Assembly (NCBI GenBank): GCA_045611665.1
Contig: JAZKXP010000004.1
Location: 1,446 to 65,445, forward strand
Direction: 5' to 3'
Origin: Alphaproteobacteria bacterium
GTDB lineage: Bacteria; Pseudomonadota; Alphaproteobacteria; CAAHEQ01; UBA3637
Length of the DNA stretch: 64,000 bases
In this document: one piece after another, positions 58,163-64,000 of the stretch
Layout: each line of letters opens with the position of its first letter
How positions within the stretch are numbered: the stretch's first letter is position 1
Notes under the pieces: generated by a model
The model's input: only the letters and a program-made list of their open reading frames with translations
Told to the model about the DNA's origin: nothing
Databases searched by the model: none
Program-made: the position numbers and the translations under genes

Positions 58163-59599
58163 ATGAAAAAAAATAAAGTCAAAAAGAAACAAAATCACAC
58201 CGGTTTTTGGGGGCAAATCATAGAGATTGTCTTTACTCCCCGTTTTTTTGCCCGTATTTTTGTATTAGACATTCCGATTTTGCTCATCTTAACCGCCCTA
58301 ATCGCCTTTAAAGAAATCTCTTGGATACAAGGCATCGGCTATTTTGTCGTCATTTTCATTATTACCGGCATCGTCACAACCATCGTTTTTAAAGAATTGG
58401 AAAATTTTATTACTTATTTACGCTCATTAGCGCAAGGGGTTGATGCCGAACTCCCCAGATTTCACCGAGGCATTTTTGGCTCTTTCAGATTAGCGGATGC
58501 TTTTTTGGCGGTCAAAAACTTATGGTCGGAACAAACATTATCTGATGCCAGCATTTTGGAACGTTTACCGGATCCGTTAATTATGGTGAATCAAAACGCC
58601 AATATTGTTTTCGCCAATTTAATTGCTCGCGATTTTTTCGGAGACAACCTGCTACACAAACCCATACAAGACCTCTTTCAAACAGAAACGTTTACGGGTG
58701 CCATTACGCAAATTCTGTCAGACCAAACAAAAACACAATGGTTTGAGTATGATTATCAAGATGAAGAAACATACTCTTTTATGGTACGAATGGATCGGTT
58801 ACCGGCAATTGCCAAAAATAATGCGATTGCCGTCATTGTTATGCATGATATTTCGGCCTTCAAACGCTTTCGCCATCAACAATCCGATTTTTTTGCCAAT
58901 GCTTCTCACGAATTAAAAACCCCGCTTTCTATTTTATCCGGCCTAATCGAAACCATGCAAGGACCGGCAAAAGATGATGAAGCAGCCCGAGATAAATTTT
59001 TAAAAATGATGGCAGAACAAACGGAACGAATGACTAACTTAGTGCAAGATTTACTCAGCTTATCTCGGTTACAAATGATGGATAAAACCCATCAAAACGA
59101 TATTATTTTAATACCGGATTTGTTAAAAGGGGTTGTCGAAAGCTTACACATTCGAGCCAGCACCTTATACAAAAAATTAGAATTAAAAATTATTCATGAC
59201 CTACCTCGTGTTATCGGAAATCGCTCAGAATTACAACAAGCTGTCCAAAATTTGATTGATAATGCCATTAAATACGGAGAAGACAATTCCGTTATTACAA
59301 TCAAAGCCAACCTCACCAACGGTTTTCCCAAAAAATCGGACAGATACTTTGACGATGTCCGACAAGTTATTGCCATTTCCGTACACAATACGGGAAATCC
59401 GATTTCCGCCCAACATCGCACACGCATTTTCGAACGGTTCTATCGGTTAGATTCTCTTAAATCCCGCAGAACGGAAGGAACCGGACTGGGCCTTGGAATC
59501 GTACAGCAAATCGTTCAAAAACACGATGGATTAATTGATGTGACCAGCTCGTTAAACGCCGGTACGACTTTTACAATTTATTTACCCGTGGATTTGTAA
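58163..59599 (+). CDS. Sensor histidine kinase (PhoR-like; TM - PAS - HisKA - HATPase)
   Basis: 478 aa with two N-terminal TM helices, H-box FFANASHELKTPLS, N-box LIDNAIKYG and a G-box GTGLGLGIV. Confidence 0.8.
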   Translation: MKKNKVKKKQNHTGFWGQIIEIVFTPRFFARIFVLDIPILLILTALIAFKEISWIQGIGYFVVIFIITGIVTTIVFKELENFITYLRSLAQGVDAELPRFHRGIFGSFRLADAFLAVKNLWSEQTLSDASILERLPDPLIMVNQNANIVFANLIARDFFGDNLLHKPIQDLFQTETFTGAITQILSDQTKTQWFEYDYQDEETYSFMVRMDRLPAIAKNNAIAVIVMHDISAFKRFRHQQSDFFANASHELKTPLSILSGLIETMQGPAKDDEAARDKFLKMMAEQTERMTNLVQDLLSLSRLQMMDKTHQNDIILIPDLLKGVVESLHIRASTLYKKLELKIIHDLPRVIGNRSELQQAVQNLIDNAIKYGEDNSVITIKANLTNGFPKKSDRYFDDVRQVIAISVHNTGNPISAQHRTRIFERFYRLDSLKSRRTEGTGLGLGIVQQIVQKHDGLIDVTSSLNAGTTFTIYLPVDL

Positions 59600-60058
59600 T
59601 CACGATCAAAAGATTGGGACTTTGGCGGAAGGCACCAAATTATCTTTGTACAGCATTTTACAATAACCCAACCATTTGATTTGATGAACAATCGGGTCCA
59701 TCCCGATACATACACATCACGTTCAATGAAGAAAAGAATGTGTCGGGGAGTTGAAACATCATGCTACGAAATGACCCTCTCGTCTTTTAATGCAATGCAT
59801 CTGGACATAAACGAAAGCTCCCCGACCCAATATATTGGACCAAATAGGAAAAGATACAACCGAAACAATCCTAAAGTTGATAACGAATGTATCTTCGGTG
59901 AAACGATATAAAATCGTTCGTAAGCAATCAGAGTGTTTCTTGACTCCGGAAGCACACTTTCTTCCTATCGGCATACAACCGATGTTTTCTTTTTTAGCAT
60001 ACTATTTTATGAATGGCAATAAAAAAACATAAAACGATATGCTTTTTTATTTTTTAAC

Positions 60059-60087
60059 TTGACAATAAGTAATTTAAGTCGTATAAG
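60059..60087 (+). promoter_or_regulatory. Sigma70 promoter of rho
   Basis: TTGACA at 60059..60064, a 17-nt spacer, then TATAAG at 60082..60087, with an A/T-rich UP-like tract immediately upstream. Confidence 0.55.
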
Positions 60088-60164
60088 TAACCTTAAGCAA
60101 GTCCTTGCTTTTCAAATATTTTTTATCCCCACTCTTTCCCAATACATTTTTAAAAGGAATACCT

Positions 60165-61424
60165 ATGCAATTACAAGATTTAAAGAAAAAAACACCATCT
60201 GAGTTGTTGACATACGCCGAAGAATTGGCTGTCGAAAATGCGGCATCTTTACGTACTCAGGATTTAATGTATGCCATTTTAAAACAATTAGCGGACACAG
60301 GTACCCCTTTGTATGGATCCGGTGTATTGGAAGTTATGCAAGATGGTTTTGGGTTTTTACGCTCCGCAGAGGCCAATTATTTGGCCGGACCTGATGATAT
60401 TTATGTGGCTCCTCAGCAAATTAAAAAATACGGATTGCGTACAGGAGACACAATTGAAGGAGAGTTGGGGGCCCCAAAAAACGGAGAGAAATACTTTTCT
60501 TTGGTTAGTGTTGATCGAGTCAATTTTGTTTCACCCGAAGAATTAAGACATCGGATTAACTTTGATGATTTAACCCCGCTTTATCCGGAAAAATCAATTT
60601 GTATGGAACACGACAAATCCCCGAATGATAAGGATTTAACAGCACGTATTGTGGATTTAATCTGTCCGCAGGGGTTCGGGCAACGCTCGTTAATCGTGGC
60701 CCCTCCCAGAACGGGTAAAACGGTGATGTTGAAAAATATTGCTCACGCGATTTCTGCTAACTATCCGGAGGCACATTTAATTATGTTGCTCATTGATGAA
60801 CGGCCGGAAGAGGTGACGGATATGATTCGGTCGGTCAAGGGGGAAGTCATCAGCTCTACTTTCGACGAACCGGCCTCTCGCCACGTACAAGTTGCCGAAA
60901 TGGTAATAGAAAAGGCAAAACGTTTGGTAGAACATAAAAAAGATGTTATTATTCTACTAGATTCCATCACACGCTTGGCTCGGGCCTATAATACCGTTAT
61001 TCCCTCTTCCGGTAAAGTTTTAACAGGTGGTGTAGATGCCAATGCCTTGCAAAAACCAAAACGTTTCTTTGGGGCCGCCAGAAATATTGAAGAAGGAGGA
61101 TCTTTAACCATTTTCGGAACAGCATTAATTGATACAGGTTCTCGCATGGATGAAGTTATCTTTGAAGAGTTTAAAGGAACAGGTAACAGTGAAATTATCC
61201 TCGACAGAAAAGTATCCGACAAACGCATTTTCCCGGCAATTGATGTCACAAAATCCGGTACACGTAAAGAAGAATTACTGGTCGACAAAACACGCTTGCC
61301 AAAAATGTGGATGCTCCGTCGTGTCTTAATGCCAATGGGTGTTACGGATTCGATGGAATTTTTGATGGATAAATTGCGTCAAACAAAGACGAACGACGAT
61401 TTCTTTTCTTCAATGAATCAATAA
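60165..61424 (+). CDS. rho: Transcription termination factor Rho
   Basis: Start refined to [15 protein letters not shown] at 60165 with an AAGGAA RBS. Walker A PPRTGKT and the Q/R-loop region [12 protein letters not shown]. The track ORF start at 60105 would add an unconserved 20 aa. Confidence 0.9.
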   Translation: MQLQDLKKKTPSELLTYAEELAVENAASLRTQDLMYAILKQLADTGTPLYGSGVLEVMQDGFGFLRSAEANYLAGPDDIYVAPQQIKKYGLRTGDTIEGELGAPKNGEKYFSLVSVDRVNFVSPEELRHRINFDDLTPLYPEKSICMEHDKSPNDKDLTARIVDLICPQGFGQRSLIVAPPRTGKTVMLKNIAHAISANYPEAHLIMLLIDERPEEVTDMIRSVKGEVISSTFDEPASRHVQVAEMVIEKAKRLVEHKKDVIILLDSITRLARAYNTVIPSSGKVLTGGVDANALQKPKRFFGAARNIEEGGSLTIFGTALIDTGSRMDEVIFEEFKGTGNSEIILDRKVSDKRIFPAIDVTKSGTRKEELLVDKTRLPKMWMLRRVLMPMGVTDSMEFLMDKLRQTKTNDDFFSSMNQ

Positions 61425-61454
61425 GTTTTAATATCGCACACCTAAAAAAAAGCA

Positions 61455-61889
61455 TCAACGTGTTTTAGATGTGTCTCGGTTACCCCTTGAAAGTTCAGAA
61501 CTGATTTTTTGAGGGGCATTTATATATTCTTCCAATAAAGTACCGATGGCTTGCAATCTGGCAATATAGGCTTTGTCCGTACTTTGCGTCACCGCAGCCA
61601 TTAGTTTTAAATTATTTTCAATAACCAACCGCGCATATTGCCGATGATGTAAGCATTTTAAATCTTGAATAGCTGTTTGCAGATAAAGACGGGCAGAACG
61701 AACCTGTTGAATTCTTTCTGTTTCGCACAAAGCATAATTTTCAGCCAATTGTTCTTTTGCCATTTTAATTCTTAAAAATGCCCAAGCCTCTTCTTTTTGC
61801 TCCTCCGCCGTTTTCCAAGCATCAGGCACTTTCCCAACCAACATTAACCGTTCATTTTTTTCATCCGGAACCAAATTAATATCCTGCAT
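61455..61889 (-). CDS. Hypothetical cytoplasmic protein
   Basis: 144 aa, helical with no motif; separated by 17 nt from the membrane-protein gene upstream. Confidence 0.4.
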   Translation of the reverse strand: MQDINLVPDEKNERLMLVGKVPDAWKTAEEQKEEAWAFLRIKMAKEQLAENYALCETERIQQVRSARLYLQTAIQDLKCLHHRQYARLVIENNLKLMAAVTQSTDKAYIARLQAIGTLLEEYINAPQKISSELSRGNRDTSKTR

Positions 61890-61906
61890 TGATAAAACTC
61901 CTTTAT

Positions 61907-63052
61907 TTATCTATGTTTCTTTTTTGAAGAACGAAACAGAATGTTTAACGCATTTGCCAGGGGAGACCTCCCCAAAAAGAAAGAAGCAGCACCTCCGGTG
62001 TTTTCTTCTGAACGAATTTTTTCTTCATACAGTTGAATACCTTGATGAATGAAATAATTCAGACGTTGTTCTTGTTCGGGATAAGAAACACCCAATGCTA
62101 TAGCATAGGGTAACAAATCCCTATTCGTTTTTGTTTCTTGATAAACAATTTGTGTCGTAGATAAAAACATCTTAAATCCTTCCAGATGTTCTTGTAACCG
62201 TTTTCCTTTAATTGTCGGTCGCCCCATTAAATAACCGAAAACGGTTATCACAAATACGCTACCAAACACAATGCAAGACGTATATAAATTTTGGCAAAAC
62301 AGAAATGTTACGCCGGCAAACAAAAAAGCTGTTGGAACGGCCAACAAAAGACGTCGTATTAACGTTCCTTTGGATAAAGCATATACAACCAAGCCCAATA
62401 TGGCTCCTTCAACAACAATCATATTGCCGGATTGACTGAAAAACAATTCAAAAAAAGTAAAAAATGTATCCAGCGAGAAACACAACGGAAGCAAAAAATA
62501 AAATAAACCCGCCATAGGCCAAACATAGTTATGATTGGTAGCATAAATATTATCGGTACTTTTTTTTGCAATAAATTCAAAGCTGTTATTTAATCCATAT
62601 ACATCCTCATTCGGTGTATGAGATTTGATAATTAAAGGATTGTTTCCCATCGTTAAAGGATACATCCTTTCTTCCCCGTTTGATGGGGTTTTATCGGTAC
62701 GGCAAAACTTAAATGTTTGTGTTTTTGGTTCAAAATTCATTGTCAAAAAACCATTGACGACCATCTGTAATAAGGTGGCTGTTGTAGCCGTAGAGGACCA
62801 ATGATTTTTATTGATTAACATATAAGCTGTCCCAACCGACACATCTGACGGTGCTCGATACTGAGGCATAACCGTTTTTTTAATCGGATCACGACCTTGA
62901 CAATACCAAACGACACAATAATACGCTATCAAGAAGAAAAATAAAAGCGTCACATTCCGTTGAGCAATCCCCGATATATCCATCATCATTTTTGGGGCCC
63001 CTAAAACAGGGAAAGACACAGCCATCAGAACGAGCAACAAGATTGTTTTCAT
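61907..63052 (-). CDS. Multi-pass membrane protein, DUF2207-C-terminal-like (paralog 1)
   Basis: Start refined to MKTILLLVLMAVSFPVLGAP at 63052, which overlaps the upstream stop (ATGA) and follows a GAGGAG RBS. Motifs W..GRDP, ATLLQMVVNGFL and LPYAIALGV, with about 6 TM helices. Confidence 0.45.
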   Translation of the reverse strand: MKTILLLVLMAVSFPVLGAPKMMMDISGIAQRNVTLLFFFLIAYYCVVWYCQGRDPIKKTVMPQYRAPSDVSVGTAYMLINKNHWSSTATTATLLQMVVNGFLTMNFEPKTQTFKFCRTDKTPSNGEERMYPLTMGNNPLIIKSHTPNEDVYGLNNSFEFIAKKSTDNIYATNHNYVWPMAGLFYFLLPLCFSLDTFFTFFELFFSQSGNMIVVEGAILGLVVYALSKGTLIRRLLLAVPTAFLFAGVTFLFCQNLYTSCIVFGSVFVITVFGYLMGRPTIKGKRLQEHLEGFKMFLSTTQIVYQETKTNRDLLPYAIALGVSYPEQEQRLNYFIHQGIQLYEEKIRSEENTGGAASFFLGRSPLANALNILFRSSKKKHR

Positions 63053-64000
63053 GATTTTATCTCCTCTACCGCATTCATAACCAATTGTTTGCAGTCCGGT
63101 TGAAATAAGCGTTGAAGCATGTTGTCTTTTGCATCCGGCAATATCTGATCCCAAACACCATCAATATCCAACGCCAAAGCATAAGGCAGCATCTCTTTTA
63201 AATCAGAACTTTTTATACTGATATCGTCATTTTTACACACTGCCCTTAAAAACATTCTCAGTCCCGCAATTTGTTTAAAGACGGAGTGCTTTTTATTCTT
63301 TGATACAAACGTGCCAATACCATACATCACCACAACTATCAGGAAAAAAACTTGTGGCCAATCAGTATGTAACGCCTGCCCTAACGGTTCTAAAATATAA
63401 ATCAGCGGGAAACAACACAACGCCGCAATCAAAAAATACCGTTGAAAAGGATACTTGTAATAAATAACATTTTTTGTTTTATCCTTGGTTAAAGCAGCCA
63501 ATTCCTTATTAAATTGATTCAATAAGGGATTCATCCCGTTATCTAATGTTATGGAACCATCGGAACCAACAACACTGTCATACAAAAATTCATCTTCGGT
63601 TTTTGCAACACGCCCCGTCCGATTAAAAACACAAGCCGTAATTTGAACTCCTTCTTTTGTATTGGTTGTTCGTGTTTTTAGTTCTAAAAAACCGTTGCAA
63701 ACCATTTGTATTAATGAAATAAATACCGCTTTTTTTATCCATCTGTCATTCATGATAAAATAAATTTGAGCGGCCGACCACTCTTTTGGCAGAGAATACA
63801 TTGGCATAACCGTCGGACCATAAGTTCGACGAAACCACTTCGTAGTGGATTGAACAATGTGATAGCCTAACTTAAGCGCAATCCCCCCTACCCCGAAAAT
63901 AAGAAGAACTTCCGGTTTCCCATATATCAAAAAAAACAAAATACCCATACCGATACATATCATTATCAGTGTTTTTTTTGATAAAACTTTATAAAAATGA
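63049..64000 (-). CDS. Multi-pass membrane protein, DUF2207-C-terminal-like (paralog 2; N-terminus may extend past the window end)
   Basis: Shares LIQMVCNGFL and LPYALALDI motifs and topology with paralog 1. The reading frame is still open at coordinate 64000. Confidence 0.45.
   Translation of the reverse strand, partial: HFYKVLSKKTLIMICIGMGILFFLIYGKPEVLLIFGVGGIALKLGYHIVQSTTKWFRRTYGPTVMPMYSLPKEWSAAQIYFIMNDRWIKKAVFISLIQMVCNGFLELKTRTTNTKEGVQITACVFNRTGRVAKTEDEFLYDSVVGSDGSITLDNGMNPLLNQFNKELAALTKDKTKNVIYYKYPFQRYFLIAALCCFPLIYILEPLGQALHTDWPQVFFLIVVVMYGIGTFVSKNKKHSVFKQIAGLRMFLRAVCKNDDISIKSSDLKEMLPYALALDIDGVWDQILPDAKDNMLQRLFQPDCKQLVMNAVEEIKS

Noticed and set aside
59681-60032. Small ORFs of 63-76 aa on both strands in the rho upstream region
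   Set aside because: They overlap each other in several frames, lack RBSs, and lie within a hairpin-rich leader. They are treated as non-coding.
1-64000. tRNA, rRNA, CRISPR or transposase content
   Set aside because: I scanned all intergenic regions for T-arm-like GGTTCGA motifs, repeat-spacer periodicity and IS hallmarks. None were found, and every hairpin seen is better explained as a terminator.

Overview
This is a dense housekeeping chromosomal window from a low-GC (roughly 40%) bacterium that looks alphaproteobacterial. The evidence for that placement is inference: a ChpT-type histidine phosphotransferase, FtsZ with a long C-terminal linker, the alphaproteobacterial dcw gene order, Mla and GatCAB, and an isolated virB3-virB4 pair of the kind seen in Rickettsiales and Holosporales.

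The backbone, in coordinate order:
- a partial adhE at the 5' edge, minus strand
- lemA-htpX
- a ppa-HAD-kdsB-histidine phosphatase operon
- an rlmH-cdd-cvpA-radA-mlaF-mlaE block, then pgm and rpsT
- a Sel1-repeat secreted protein
- an orphan family-5 substrate-binding protein coupled to alr
- accA
- a complete minus-strand dcw cluster (rsmH-ftsL-ftsI-murE/F-mraY-ftsW-murG-murC-murB-ddl-ftsQ-ftsA-ftsZ), in which murE and murF are one 940-aa ORF and murD is absent
- a GT2 glycosyltransferase, ndk, and a virB3-virB4 pair with an XRE regulator
- a lipoprotein and an LdcA-like carboxypeptidase
- a divergent SucC/SucD-like pair translationally coupled to chpT
- a type IV pilin-like gene interrupted by an in-frame TGA
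- gatCAB
- a eukaryote-type ileS next to an APH-family kinase
- mutS
- a sensor histidine kinase
- rho behind a long leader
- two tandem paralogous membrane proteins at the 3' edge

Several intergenic regions carry promoter-plus-terminator pairs consistent with unannotated small RNAs. No tRNA, rRNA, CRISPR array, transposase or integrase was recognisable.

The most unusual loci are the catalytically degenerate SucCD-like pair fused into an operon with chpT, the murE-murF fusion with murD missing, the interrupted pilin with palindromic leader elements, and a bounded sRNA-like unit between virB4 and the XRE regulator.
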